A stretch of 64,000 nucleotides of DNA from Lama guanicoe. Its lineage: Eukaryota. This document shows positions 34,600-48,629 of this stretch, piece after piece; position 1 is the stretch's first letter; every line of letters starts with the position of its first letter. The notes beneath the pieces were generated by a model. That model was not told the DNA's origin, did no database searches, and worked only from the letters and a program-made list of their open reading frames with translations. The position numbers were made by a program, and so were the translations under genes. The stretch covers positions 3,442,439 to 3,506,438 of the forward strand of contig MU055922.1 of the NCBI GenBank assembly GCA_013239625.1, given 5' to 3'.

Positions 34600-36319
34600 A
34601 TATCCTTTTCTGTGGTGTCTCTGCTGTGCGAGGCAGACAAATGAACATGTTTTTTTGTCCCGATCTCTCAAGTACACGGATTCGACATTTCCTTTTTGTC
34701 ATCGATTGATGTTGCTCCTATTTGTACCGTGACACACTTAAAATAGGTGCCCAGTAAGCTAAGATAGGGTTGCCAAATTCCACAATATCCCGCGACATAG
34801 AGGAGGCGTGGCATGACGGTTATCTTGAACTTGGATCCTGGACCCTGAAGTCAGACTGGGTGTTCAAGTCCTGGCCCTGCCAGTTACTGAGTGACTTCGG
34901 GCCATTGCTCTCCAGTTTCCTCTTCAGTAGAAAATCAGGGTGACAGTTGTACCTAGTTCATAGGGTTGTTGAAAAGTTTGACAGGAACGATGCCTTGGGC
35001 CAGTGAGCCTCTTTGAAAGTGATAGCAGACATTATTACGGAGCGGTATAGACACCAGTGTTCTACAGTGGTGATTAGAGGTCAAAAGAAAGTCCTTTTCC
35101 AGGTGTTTTCCTGTTCAGGAAGTGGCGTTGCAGTGTCCCTGTCCGCTGGAGAGGCGTCTGTGCCGTGAAGGTGCGCTCCCCGCAGCGGGGCTGTCGTGCT
35201 AAGCCATGCTGTTGGTTTTGACTAAATCCACCGACCTGCCTGATGAAGCCGAGAACTGTAAAAGCTGAGTTATTTGGCCTTTTTTTCAACTGGAAAAATC
35301 CCATTTAGCCAACTTTAGATTGAAGATATGCCAGATGCATGTTCTAAGTTCTGTTTGGTTTTTTTTCTTTTCTAAGTGTGGTAAAACATCACAGAAACCA
35401 GCTTTTGTCAGGATCCCTCTGTAGTCAGCACACAGGTTCATATGCAGTTGATGTGTGGAATGTAGCGTTTCTATTAATCATAATGACCCCGAGGTACCTT
35501 TTAAATTATTAAAAAAACAAATATGTTCTCTAAAATCAGTGAAACAAAATATGTGAGGGGGTGGGATCAAAAGCAGAGTTGCAGGGGGATATGTCTTCCC
35601 TTGAGATAGGAGGGAAGAGAAGAAGATTGAAGGAGATGAGAGAAATTGTGAGATAAAGGGGACAAAAGTTCACCGAGCTAATAGTTACTGAGTGCTTTGT
35701 GCTGGACGTTTTGTTGGTTACTGAGGTTGGACTGGTAAGCAAAACTACCAACTCCCGTGGAATTTATGGTGGGGGTAGAATGGGGGTTGGGGGTGGGAGA
35801 GCAGACATCAAATAATAGCACAAATGTGTACTTGCAGACTATGAGAGAAAAGTAGAGAGAGCTATGTGAGGGACATGGGGCGGCAGAACCAGGCTGGAGG
35901 GCGGGAGCGCAGGAAGCTTCACTGAAGAAGCCTTGATTTCTAAGATGCAGAGTTAGCTTCTTGACGGAGATGAAATGGTTTGGAATGACAGATGAAAATG
36001 GCTTGCAAAAGCCGCCATGGGAAAGGTGACCTGAAGTCAAAAAAGTGCTGACAGGCATCTGGAAGAGCCCAGCTCAGCTGTGGTCAGACACCGTGGGTTT
36101 GTAGTGAACCAGGCAGGTCGTCTCTGCCTCGGAGTGCACGGATCCCCATCTAGCTGTGGGCCGAACAAGTCTGAGAATGATTAGTGTCAGGCTGACTGTG
36201 TGTTCAGAAATGCTGGACCAGATTTTACTGCTTACCTGTGAGAGACCCTGTGGTTTAACATCATGTTGGTTGTTAGTCTTTTGATGATGAAATTGCTTTA
36301 CCTTGACTTTTTGACCCAC
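34600..36319 (+). other. U12-type (minor spliceosome) AT-AC intron, STX6 intron 2
   Basis: 5' end ATATCCTTTT, branch site ACCTTGAC at 36300-36307, 3' end ...CCCAC. Splicing here keeps the frame (A+GC = Ser). Confidence 0.95.
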
Positions 36320-36414
36320 GCATAGTTGAAGCAAATCCTAGAAAATTCAACCTGGACGCAACCGAATTGAGTATAAGAAAAGCCTTCATCACAAGTACTC
36401 GGCAAGTCGTCCGG
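36320..36414 (+). CDS. STX6: STX6 exon 3
   Basis: ac|GC ATA GTT... reads (S)[31 protein letters not shown]|gtaagg; 95 nt. Confidence 0.97.
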
Positions 36415-39400
36415 GTAAGGAATGCGGTCTTAGTTGTGTTATTTGTACAAGAAATAGCCAGACTTCTCAGGACTCTGTCCCTTAATATAAACTAAGAGGT
36501 CAACCCTGAAACCACTTTTTAATATGAATTAAATGCCAGGTTTCTACATATAATTTCTCTGAAAAGAAACCTGTTTTTAGTATCATCAGGCTTATTTCTC
36601 AGAGCAAAAATAAGAGTAGACTGTTGGCTTCGGAGAGGTTACTATAATGGTATCCTTCTTGTCCATACATCTCATGCCTCCATACCAGTGATCTTGTTCC
36701 CGCTTTATTTCTTAGTATACTGTGTCTGGACACAAGGAAGAATTGCTATTGTAGAAACCATTTGGTTTCTTGATTGATTGGTTGTTACTTTGCATTGTGT
36801 GGAGTGACTCTTACTGGGATTGGATGGCGGCCTCTTCCACCATCTGAATTGCTTCTGGAACTTTTGCAACCCAGTAACTGACATTTCCATATACAACTGC
36901 CTGACAGCCCTCCGGGAGTTATCCAGAGCAAGCAGGCATCTATCGGCGTGTAAAAAAATCAGTCCAAGTGAACAAATCTTTAGTCTCAAATTATTCAGAT
37001 AATAACCTATTGTTAAAAAAAAAAACCTAAGAGAAAACAGCATTTAAGTGAAATCTTGTATCGTTAAGCTATGTTTGTATTTTGAAACTATATGGCTAAG
37101 GCAGTTGATTAACATAACNNNNNNNNNNNNNNNNNNNNNNNNNNNNNNNNNNNNNNNNNNNNNNNNNNNNNNNNNNNNNNNNNNNNNNNNNNNNNNNNNN
37201 NNNNNNNNNNNNNNNNNNNNNNNNNNNNNNNNNNNNNNNNNNNNNNNNNNGTTTGCCAAAGACTCCGTGTCATGTGACTTCCTTTTGAAATTATTTCAAA
37301 TGGTAGGTTATCACTGAACTTGAAATACTCTTGTTCCTTGTTTTACTCATTAGTTGCCTTCCTATACATATATGTATAAACTCACATTTTAATGGGGCAG
37401 TAACCTTTTTAGACTTAGGTGCCCCGTCTATACAGTGAATATTTGGATTAGACACCTCTAATTTCCAGCCAGTTCAGAGGGTATTCTGATAAGGAAGCCC
37501 TGTTGTTAGGTGCTGTGTTTTTTTGGTGAGGTAAAGTTTTCCAATTACTTATTTTATAAATGTGTGCTCTTTTATTTCTTGTGATAAAAGATTTTTCTGA
37601 AGGACACTTCTGTAGATGTTGGTATTTGAATGGTGCCTTGCAGTGAAGTGTGTGTTCTTGACTTCAATCATTGTATTTGTTCTTTTTGCAAGGTAGTACT
37701 TGTAAATTTTGGAAGTTGAAATTCAGAGGTCAGTATAGTAAAGGTTGAATGAGTTGGTATAGTTGGAAGTTTAATCCAGAGTTTGTTTTCTAATATTTGA
37801 AAAGCTTTTTAAAGTATATTTTTTGAAAGAAGTATTCTAAATCAAGTCCATACTTCACAATGTTGCAGTCCTTTTAGAGTTGAGATCTAAACTAGATGCA
37901 ACTGTGTGATCCAACTGAGTGTTTTAGAGTTTTTAATCACTCTTCTTTTAATTTATGACCCCTTTGTGGAAGCTGTTGCTCTTTGCCAGTGGTGAGTTAT
38001 AGTACCTAACTGAGTTTTTGCTCATCTGATTTTAATAAATTCTAACTGAGGTTTGTGGACTAGAAGGAAGTCATAATTGATACTAACTTGATTTTTTTTT
38101 TCAAGCACTTTGTGTTGATTCAGTATCATTGCATTCTGCTGAACAGTATTTGTATCCAAAACTCTCTGGGTTCCACATGGAAGAGATTGATAGCGTGGAA
38201 TCAGAGAGTTAGCAGATTAGGGACATGAAACAGAAGACCGTGCTCAGATTAGGAATTTGTACATCACAAGCTTATCTAAGCTTCTCTGTCACCATTATCA
38301 GTGGAGTTTCATTTAGTTGCTTAAGGGAATGTATTTTGATCCGCATTTATGCCAATTGTGCTTCCTCCTCCTCAGGGCAGCCAGTGATGCATTATGTGTT
38401 TTTTGTTGTTGTTATCTCTGAAGAACTAAATCTTTTCTCCTGTGTTTCTTCTCAATTAATGTCCAATGGTTTTGCTTTTTAGTAAGCTGTTTTTGCTTAA
38501 AGTGTCTCGTATATGTTTTTCCAACCGTCTTTTAAGTTTGTGCAATTTTTATTGAGTTTGCTGGCAGTTTTTACTAAAGAAAGCAAAATAATTCTTATTT
38601 TTGTGTATATAGCCTTGGTATTCTTGAGGTGATCATTTTTGCCTTTGTGGTAAAATACATCAGAGATTTCACGTGTGAAATGTTTGTTATGGGAATCTAT
38701 TCCAGAAGTGACTTTGGGTTAATTTAGTAGTGAAAGGTCTTGCAATGCGTGGCCGAATGGTGAATGAGAGGTGAAGGGGCCTTAGAACATTTCCATTGTG
38801 GCAAGTCATATAGCCTCTCTGGGTCTCAGTGTTCTTTATCAATGAAATGACCCTCACTAACATTCTCCAACTTTGTTTTAACTTTCAAAGGCAATCAGAA
38901 CTATCCCACCCTCCCCCCAAAATCCAACCTCTTTAAACCCAAAAATTGTTCACAGTCAATCATAAGTCAAGATAGAAATGGCTTTGGTTAATTAAAAAGG
39001 GTGAGGGATGTTGTGTGGGCACAGATGACTCTGGGATGTGAGACCTCTTGAGTGAAGCACTGGGATTTACTGTCTCATTCACTCAGCCTGGAGGACGGCT
39101 TAAAATGGGAACAGAAACATAAATAACCTGGACATTTGTTCTTTTAGCAGGTGAACCATGTTTTATCAGTACTGACTGCTTGTTCTAAACTTCATGTCTT
39201 AGAAAGAAGATGAGTAATTATGTTTTTGGTAGCACAGATTGTTACAAAATGCTCAACACCGTTTAGTGACATGGCCTAAAATTCCAAATCCTAGTAGAAG
39301 GTAATGTGTGGACAGTGTCTGGCAGCCTTTATCCTGTGTAGGAGAAATGCCATCCTGAAAGTGAAAGCCACAGCTCTTTGCCTTCTGTTGTGGCCACGTA

Positions 39401-39699
39401 CAGGGTGCACGCCACGCAGCTGAGGTTCACTGACCACCAGAGCTAACACACCCACACATTTTATTAAACAGAAAATGTACAAACTGGAACTTTTAAATGT
39501 GTATTTCATTATAGTAATGTGTGCTCATTAAAGAAAATTAGAAAAATTTTGCAGTCAGGAAAAAAAGAAAAATCTAGGCCCAAAATAATACACAAACACA
39601 AAACTTTGTTGTATTTTTACATGGTTGTGATCGTACTATGATGCAGTCATAAGCATTTTTATTTTAATTTTTAAAACTAAAAATGATGCATACTTTCTA

Positions 39700-39880
39700 T
39701 TTTTATTTATTTTATTTCTTGTTTATTATTAAAATATAGTCAGTTTACAGTTTGTCACTTTCCAGTGTACAGCACAATGTTTCAGTCATACATATACATA
39801 CACATACTCCTTTCCATTTTCTTTTTTGTTATAGGTTACTATAAGATACTGAATATAGTTCCCTGTGCTATATATACTTA
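39700..39880 (-). mobile_element. 5'-truncated L1 3' end (younger family)
   Basis: Same 3' L1 motif: cagtgtacagcac..gaatatagttccctgtgcta. Confidence 0.7.
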
Positions 39881-40110
39881 CCTTTTTTAAAAAGCAAATA
39901 ATTCTGATGAGTAAGAAAGATGAAAATGTCCCTCCATTCTGTAGTTCCACTCCTTAGAAATAATCACTGTTAACAGTTTTATATATTTTTTTCTATCCAT
40001 TTTATGAATATTGAAGTACATTCTTAAAAGAAATGACCTGTTGGTCTGTAATTTTTTTCTGTGGAAAAATATTGTGGACATAGTCTTTATCAATACAAAT
40101 ACAGTGAGAG

Positions 40111-40597
40111 CAGTACTGTCCAATAGAAATACTAAAATGCAAGCTATCTTTATTTTTCTGTAGTCATAGTAAAAAAGTAAAAAAAACAGGTGAACTTACT
40201 ATATTTCATTTAACCTAGCATATCCAGAAGATTATCATTTAAATGTGTAATCATTGTAAAAACACTGAGATTTTGAACAAATTTTTTTAAACTTTTTTTT
40301 ACTAAAACTTAAATCTGACATATTTGTTGCACTTAAGCACATCTCAATTCAGACATGTACTTCCCATTGGAGATACTTGATCTGTATTTAGAGTTTAGAA
40401 AACTTACAATTGAAAAGATTGATTTGCAAACTGAGTGTTTTCCAGACATATGTAAAAGTTTTCCAATAACTGAATATAAATCTAAATTAATTAAAATTAA
40501 ATAAAATTAAAATTTTCATTCCTCAGTTGCACTAACTCCATTTCAAGTGGTCAATATGTAATTGTAGTTGGCTGATAGCTACTATATTGGACAGAGG
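40111..40597. mobile_element. hAT-Charlie non-autonomous element (MER3/MER33-like)
   Basis: Terminal inverted repeats cagtactgtccaata ... tattggacag. Confidence 0.7.
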
Positions 40598-41339
40598 AGA
40601 TTTAGATGATCCTTTTTAATGGCTGCATACTTTATTAATCCCTACAGTGACCCTATAAAATATTACTTACACAGAAGAAATAGGCACTTAGAAAAATTGA
40701 GTAATTTGCCCAACTTTGCATAGCTAGTAAAAAGCATAACTAAGGCATGAACCCAGGTCTTTGACGTGAAAGACCATGTCTTAACCTCTCCCCTAGCCTG
40801 GGACTATCATGACTTGTTTGATCGTTGACCCTGTTGGTAGTTATTTAGGTGGTGGTTAATTTTTGGCAATTGCAAACCATACTTCAGTACCATCTTTGTG
40901 AGCATATCCTAGATATTTAAGTACTAAAAAGCTCAATAAATATATACATTTTAAATATTGGTTAATATTTTCAAAGTATCCTTATAAATTATATTTCTAA
41001 TAACAGAGTGTCAGATTATGTAATATTTCTTAATACCTTCAACATTAAGTGGTGTCAGTCTTTTTCATCTTTCCCAATCTAATTAGGAAAAATATCTCTT
41101 CACTTGCACTTTGTTGATTATTAGTGGGTTAGTGCAACTTTTCATGTTTGATCATTTGTGTTTTTCTGTGAATTGTTGTACTGAACTCTCCTCGTAAGCT
41201 TAATGTCTAGTACACAGTATTGTTATGTGGGTTTACGGTAAATTACTCTTCTTTTGCTTGGATGTGATGATTATTTCTGCTTTTATTTTATAAATAACAG
41301 TGCAGTGTACATATTTGCATATTTGTTTTGAGGTATATT

Positions 41340-41945
41340 TATTTATTTTTATTGAAGTACAGTCAGTTACAATGTGTCAGTTCCTGGTGTACAGCATAAT
41401 GTCCCCAGTCATGTATATACATATATATATTTGTTTTCATATTTTTTTATTGAAAGTTATTACAAGATACTGAACATAGTTCCCTGTGCTATACAGAAGA
41501 AACTTTTAAATCTATTTTTATATATAGTGGCTAACATTTGTAAATCTCAAACTCCCAAATTTATCCCTTCCCACCCGCTTTCCCAGGTAACCATAAGATT
41601 GTTTACTATGTCTGTGAGTCTGTTTTTGTTTTGTAGATAAGTTAATAGTGTCCTTTTTTCTTTTTTTTTAGATTCTACATATGCGTGATAGCATATGGTA
41701 TTTTTCTTCTCTTTCTGGCTTACTTCACTTAGGATGATGATCTCCAGGTCCATCCATGTTGCTGCAAATGGCATTATTTTATTGTTTATGACTGAGTAGT
41801 AAATATACCACAACTTCTTTATCTGGTTATCTCTCAGTGGACATTTGGGTTGTTTCCACGTCTTGGCTATTGTATATAGTGCTGCTTTGAACATTGGGAT
41901 GCATGTGTCTTTTCAAATTAGAGTTCCCTCCAGATACATGTTTTG
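41340..41945 (-). mobile_element. L1 3' fragment (younger family)
   Basis: Minus-strand ORF remnant AALYTIAKTWKQPKCP...IMPFAATWMDLEIIILSEVSQ is the L1 ORF2 C-terminus, followed by 3'UTR. Confidence 0.9.
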
Positions 41946-42224
41946 GTATGTATTTTATATTATTTCCTTAAAAGAAATCTTGTTATTAGAATCACTGGGT
42001 CAAGGCCGTGGATATTTGATATCAAATATCAAAGCTCTTAATACAGAATGTCAAATTTATTTTCAAAGGGTTTGTCTAGTTTACCTTCCAGCTATTGCTC
42101 AGGAGCAGCAGTGTTTTAAAAGACATTTTTATTAAATTATAACAGTACAGGAAAGTGCAAGCATCCCAAGTGTATAGCAACAGCATCATGGTCTCATTTG
42201 AAGGCTGCCAGCATTTGTGCGGAT

Positions 42225-42390
42225 CAGAGTTTCTCAAGCTTGAGCGTCTGTGAGACTCACCTGGGAGACTTGTTAAACTATGCCTTAGAGTCTGACTTAG
42301 TGGGTCTGGGTGGGGTCCAGGGACCTGCATTTTTGATAACGCCTCAAGTGACTGACTCAGGTGAATCTCATACATTTAAGAAACATGGCT
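42225..42390. mobile_element. MER5A-like hAT-Charlie MITE
   Basis: cagagtttctcaagcttgag..tcacctggg..cttgttaaa..ggtctgggtgggg..tgcattt..taagaaac. Confidence 0.7.
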
Positions 42391-42859
42391 TATATCACTG
42401 AGTTTCCCTTGGTTTAAATATACCAATAACTGTATCTTTATTTTTATGGTGAATACTTCTTTTTGACCAAGTAAATTTTTCTCAGTTTCCATGGGTGGCA
42501 GTCTTAGATTTTTTTGTCTTTGGAGGTTTATGAACAGATGAAAATAGGTAGAGAATCCTAGAATTTACGTGTCAGCTGGAGCACCCTCAGATGCCCCACC
42601 TACCTGCCCAGTGTCATTTCCAAGGACTCACATAGCCCTCTTGTTGAAGGCCCCCAACATCAGATCGCTTGTTCCTACAGCAGCCTTTCCCATCCTGGGC
42701 AGCACTGGTACCTTCTGACAAGTGGCGGTAAAATGATCTCTTTACTTCTGCTTAATTGCCAACATTTTTCACAGAGTAACCAAAGCGATCTTTTAAAACA
42801 TGAAACAGAATACACCACGGCCCTAGTCAAAATATTTTAAGGGCTTCCCATTGCCTTAG

Positions 42860-42995
42860 AACAGGGGGCCTGCAATCTGTGGCCCATGAGATGTAAGGAT
42901 GGTTTTATATTTTTTAAAGAGTAGTTTAAAAAAAAATGTGACAGAGGCTGAATATTTAATATCACTCCTTTACAGACAAAGTTTGCCAACCAGGC
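42860..42995. mobile_element. MER58-like element inside an L2 (~42540-43420)
   Basis: gcaatctgtggccca ... ctttacagacaaagtttgccaacc. Confidence 0.55.
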
Positions 42996-44398
42996 ACTGC
43001 CTTGGAATAAAATCCCAGCAGCTTTGGCCAGCCTTGTCCTACCTCCTCCTGCCAGCACCCAACACAGTGGCTCCTTCTCAAAAGATAAAGCATCCAGCCT
43101 TTCCTGCCTCCAGGCTTTTGTGCTTGCTATTCCCTCTGCCTGGAGTTCTTGCCCTCGCTCTTTCTGTGGTGGGCTGTTCTCAGCCCTCAGGTCTCGATCA
43201 GATCTCCCCGCCATCCTTCTCAGGGGTATTCACCCCCTGGATTTCAGCCTGGTTGAATCCCTGCCTTCCCAGCACAGTAACCACCTTGTTGAAGTGTGCG
43301 TGTGATTGCTCTCTGCCTCTCCACCACGGTGTGAGCTCCGTCGGCCAAGGCCCCGGTCTCCACCATCTCTGCTGTCTGCAGGCACACACTGGGCATTAGT
43401 TAAGTATTTGCTGAATGAAGGAGCGGGTGATTCGAAGGTTGAAGCCAGGTGGTTACTATTCACACTTACCACGGTGAGAATTACAGAAGCGTGTCCCTGT
43501 CTTACCTACCATTCGCTTGTCAGGGGTCTTGGAAGAAGTTTCTAAAAGCCAAATACCTCAGCATTTGCATCTGTAAAATAGCCTACCTGCCAACAGAAAA
43601 TTATAAAGTATTTTGGCAGCCTTTTGTTTAAAGAAAGATAGTATTACGATAATCATGTACTCCACTGAAATCATTTTAAGGCACGTGGGTTGTAGTTAAA
43701 TAAGATGCAGGTGGCTCATGTTTAATAAAGTGTTTTGTTTTAGATGAAATAATGGACCCATTCATTTTTCTTCCCGTTACAGAGTGGTTTTTGATACCAC
43801 TCTGGAAATTCTGGTGTTAGAAATGGTCTATACTTCACATGAATCCAACTCAGACACAAAATAAGTGACCTGTTTATCACTATTTGAAAGCATTCTCTGG
43901 TGTTTAATAGTAAATATACTTCATTTTAAAGTGTGTGGATTTTTGCATGTTTCATCCTTGAAGATACTAGCCCTTGAGCACGAGCTTCTATGTTTGTACC
44001 CCAGGGCTGTGTGACCTTGAGAAAGTATCTCAGTCTTTCTAGGTCTTAAGTCTCCTCAACTGTAAAATGAAGTTAATGCCAGCTTCACAGTCACTGTGAA
44101 AAGTCAGCGATCATGTGTGTAAGTGTTTAATAGTTTCTGGCCAATGGTAGGTACCCAGGAAATGCTCCCTCTTTGCTCGTATTTAAATTTAGTATCCAGG
44201 TTAACTTCTTTTTAAGGGTACGTCCTTCTCTTTATTTCCTTTATTTTTGAGACTGAAAATAAAAGTCAAAGGAAGCTGTCTTTGTGTTTAAAAAAATTAA
44301 TAATAAATTATGGGTATTTTGCCAACATGCAAAAATATTAACCACAGTTTTGTTTAGGGGTGTTCATTTGTTTTCTGGTCTTCTACTTACGTCATTAG

Positions 44399-44461
44399 GA
44401 CATGAAGGATCAGATGTCCACCTCATCTGTGCAGGCATTAGCTGAAAGGAAAAACAGACAG
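44399..44461 (+). CDS. STX6: STX6 exon 4
   Basis: ttag|DMKDQMSTSSVQALAERKNRQ|gtaagt; 63 nt. Confidence 0.97.
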
Positions 44462-47298
44462 GTAAGTAAACATCAGAAATATATAGTATCAGTCAAAGAA
44501 AATACACAGATACTTGGAATTTAAATATTCCGACATCCGTGTATCACGTGTTCAAGCAGAAGACCTTGCGTGCTGAGCCCAGAGCAATGTTGGCAGGTTT
44601 TGTGAAAGTCCCGTCAGCCTCGTCCCGTCAGCCTCACTTCGCCTCCCCCCCCTCCTGGTTCTCTCCTCTGGGCTCCCACTGAACCCTCTGCGGACCTTAC
44701 AGCCCTTGCCCCACAGCCATTTATTCTGCACCTGTTGAGCACATTCTGTGCCAGGCGCTCTGTTCAGGGCGGTAATTGCTTAGTTTCTCGTCTGTTTCTC
44801 TGCTGGACCCCAGGCTCCTTTGTGAGGGAGGAGGGATTGTGTTGTGGTCTTTTTTTTCCTTTTTTTTTTTTTTTTATAGCTGCTATTACATTGTCTGTGC
44901 ATAGAACTCACTAGACATTTAATGATTGAAATTTTATGTAAAGCAGTTGAGGAACCTTAAATTTGTGTTAATTTGAAGTGTTAAATCTTTCATCGTTTTA
45001 AGTATCTTGTTTTTGATGCGAGGTCTAGTTTTTATTAGTTATTACAAGTAAATTAGAAACCTAGTACATTTCAGAAACCAAAGCCCAGATATTGACACAT
45101 CAAAAATAGGAGCTCCAAGAGACCCAGTCCCTGAATTTAATAGACCCTTAAGAAATCAGCTCACCGTTTTAAACTATCTAGGAATCAGCAGTTATGATGT
45201 AAATCCTCACTTTATATCTGTGGGTGTTTCTGGACCCACTTAATTTTGGAAAACAGGTAATACGAAAGCTTGAAGAAGGGGAGAGGACTCTCCAAATATC
45301 ACCCGAGTTTTCCTTTTCCCTTCCCTGCATCTCATTTTCCAAGTCATCGCTGTTGTTTTTTCCTCCCTGTCTGCCTCCCTTGCTCTGCACAGTGCAGCTA
45401 GGAAAAACCGCTAGCTAGTCCATTCCATCTGGCCCTGACTCTGGAAAAGAAGCTGCTGAATGACCACGGGCTGGCAGCTTGGGAGTTCTCTTTTCCACTT
45501 CAGCTCACAGGCGCTAAGTGATACCGTACTGAAAGTGGACAGTGTGTAGGTGACACCTGTCCTCTGTAACTCCTATTTGAATTTTATTCTCTAGATAGTC
45601 TAGTTGAGCTGACATAAATGTGGATTTATATGTAGCCTTTCCAAGTATGACTTGGAATTTTGTTTGAGGCAGTGAGTGAAATGTAGAGTTACAGATTTTC
45701 CAGGAATAGCGGGCAGAGTCCGCCTCGCTGCGTGCCCCAGTCCCGGGGCTGTGCGGCTGCCCGCTCAGCCGGGACCTCCTGCTCTGGCACCTACACACAG
45801 CTGGCCTTCCGGTGCTCTGGGCCCTCTCTCCATCTTCTTTCCCACTAAACAGACTGTTGGAGGTCAGACTGAGGCCCCAGGTGCTCCAGTCCTCTGTTCG
45901 TGGCCTCGTGATGCTCTACAGCCTTTCTCTGACCTTGAAAAGGTTGTCACTAGTCCCTGGTACCCTCCACAGAGTCCTTAAGGTCTTTGCATCAGAATAA
46001 GCAGGGCCTTTTAAATCTTGACAGCCCTACAACCAGGCTGCGGCAGAGCCATCCTCAAAAAGCCTTGGGTCTGCTTTATACCAAGACAGTCACCATCCAA
46101 ACTCCTGATGGAGGCCCTGGGCTGCTGGAAGCTTGTGGGCATCCTGATCCTCTTATAACTACCTCAGGACTTACGACATGTCCTGGACTTCTCCAGACCT
46201 CACCCCTGAAGGGTGGCCATTTGCCTGAGTTCATGGCTGAAAGTCAGGCAAGATCTGTGTCAGTATTGAGGGGCTATTGGAGGACTTTTCAGACAGAGAA
46301 CCAAGTGATCAGGTAGACTTAACAGTTCCAGAACTGGAAAGTACCTGGTGAGAAGATTTGGCAACTCTTCAGTGAAGAATCCTAGTTGCCAGTGTCTTCT
46401 GGTTCTTTGTGCCTGGCTGGTTTAAGCAGGTGCTTTGACCAGCTAGTCAGGAGGGCTTATGGGGACCCCAGGCAGAGGCTGCTGCTGAGACTGACCACTC
46501 ACATTTCTGGGTGGCCTCTTCAAGGAAGGCGTTCCCAGATTTATCCTCTTCTGGCTTGAAATGTCCTCAGATTTACAGTGGGAAACCTCACCCTGGCGTC
46601 TGGGGGCCCAGGTAGAGAACTCTGACTTTCGGGGCCAGCACTTGGCATGGTTATCAGGGTCAGGCACCCACGTGGCCATGCCTGCCTGGGGAAGCAGCCC
46701 CTAGTTCCATCTGGGAAGCCTGTAGCCTTGTCATTCATCTGAAGGGCAGTGGGATTTACTTGTGGGCTACATCGAGTGGACATTGGTGGTTCTTGTGCCT
46801 TCTGTAGGGGCTCTGACTTAGCTTTCTGTCAGTGTGGGGAACTCTCTCCTCCCCCTCTTCAAAAAACCAAAACCTTCCCTGGGTCATACTTAAATAAAGA
46901 GGACTCTGGAAGTCTGGAAGCAGCTAGACTAGAACCTACAGCAGGTCTCTGGTGAACTTCCAAGGGTGCTAGGAAGAGCTGGCCTAAAGAAACCAAGCGC
47001 TTTCAGTAAAGCAGTGTACAGGTGGGCGTTTGTTGATTTAAAGTTGACATTTATTTGCATTTTAATGGGACAAAGCCCATTTGTGAGTCCTGTTGGGAGA
47101 GCTTGGAGACAGGAGAGTGCCCTTCCTGGCGTTCCTTACATTGTACCACGCAGGCACCAACCTGCTCCCCTGGTAAAAGGCTGCCTCGGGTGAAGACAGA
47201 TGATGAGCAGTAGGAGAACCCTTTACGTCATGGTGATGGAGCCCTCGTTCAGAGATGGTAACTGTTTGTTCCTCCTGCTCCCTGGCCCGCTCTTGCAG

Positions 47299-47424
47299 GC
47301 GCTGCTCGGAGACAGTGGCGGACAGAACTGGAGCACTGGAACGACAGATAAATACGGGCGCCTCGACCGGGAGCTCCAGCTGGCCAACTCCCACTTCATC
47401 GAGGAGCAGCAGGCACAGCAGCAG
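47299..47424 (+). CDS. STX6: STX6 exon 5, containing the YGRL sorting motif
   Basis: gcag|[42 protein letters not shown]|gtaccg; 126 nt; YGRL at 47353-47364. Confidence 0.97.
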
Positions 47425-48629
47425 GTACCGGGGAGCCCACCCGCCGAGGCCGGGCGCCTCCCCGCACTCCTCTGCCAGCGGGGCTTTGTTGCTGATGACA
47501 GGCAGGCTGGACCAGAGCTCGCCTGTAGCTGCCTGTGTATACCTGTGTGATGACTGCATCTCTACAGGGTCTTTAAAACCTCCTTCAAATCATGGCTAGC
47601 TCTCTTAGGACAAGCAGACCAGACACCTGAAACTGACAGAGGAGGCCGTTGACTTAAAGACACAGCAGCCTCTTCCCCAGCCTCCACTGGTGTACTCAGG
47701 TTTTTGTTCATTTCAACAAAGGCACTTTGAGAAAAATTGAGTCCTTGTTTTTTCTCTGAAAATTAGTGTTGGTTCCATTATACATAAAAATGATTGCTTT
47801 GGCGGAGGCTAAGGGGTAGAAGGAAGCTGGGGTTGATGACACCTGCATTGTTGCTCCTGGTACATAGTTGTATTAATAAAAGGAAGCTAATAAAGTATCT
47901 GGGGGTTTGAGGATTATCTCTCCATCGAAACTATTGGCTCTTAAATACTGTGTTTTATTTATGCATGTCGGTTATGTGTTTTTTGGTTCTTTTTCCATTA
48001 GCACATCTGCTTAACTAGTTGTCTACTTAAATCACTGTTAACCGAGTGAACCTTTTTTTTTTTTCAATAAAAAGTGAGGCAGCTGCAACACAATTTAAAA
48101 AAGTAGCTATCGCTCAGAGGTTGTCCTCGAGGTAACTGGCTCCCACAGAGCCCCTTCTCGTTTGTCCTTGAGGACCCGGTGAAGGACTCTGTTTTCCCAT
48201 GTACAGAAAGCGGCCAAACTTTCTCTTGTAGTTAAGCTGTGTCCAGCTGTTGCGGATTGAGACCTTGACCCTGGCAGCAGGCTTCCTCTTCCTAGGCATC
48301 CGCATGTGTCCGTGGTCACAGCACAGGTGCTCTCGGCCATTGTCTGTCCCTTGCTGGACTTCAGCCAACCAGAGTAAAGCTCTCTGGGTGGTTTCAAGCC
48401 CCGCTGACTGTTCACAAGTTGGATCAGCGGGAGATATCGGTAGCTTGACAACCCAGCCTTTTGAGCAGCGTGTTCTGGGAGGCGACGGTCTGGTCCTTTG
48501 ATTTCTGGGCTTTGCTTCTGAATGCGAATTGTCCCGAGTTGGCAAAGAAGCTAGCAGCTGCTAGAGTGCCGGGCTTGGAACCAGGTAAGATGGATTTTAA
48601 TTGCTTATTTCCCATTTCCCTGGCACCAG

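Noticed and set aside
34335-34709. 124-aa ORF as a stand-alone gene
   Set aside because: It is STX6 exon 2 plus in-frame intronic read-through on both sides.
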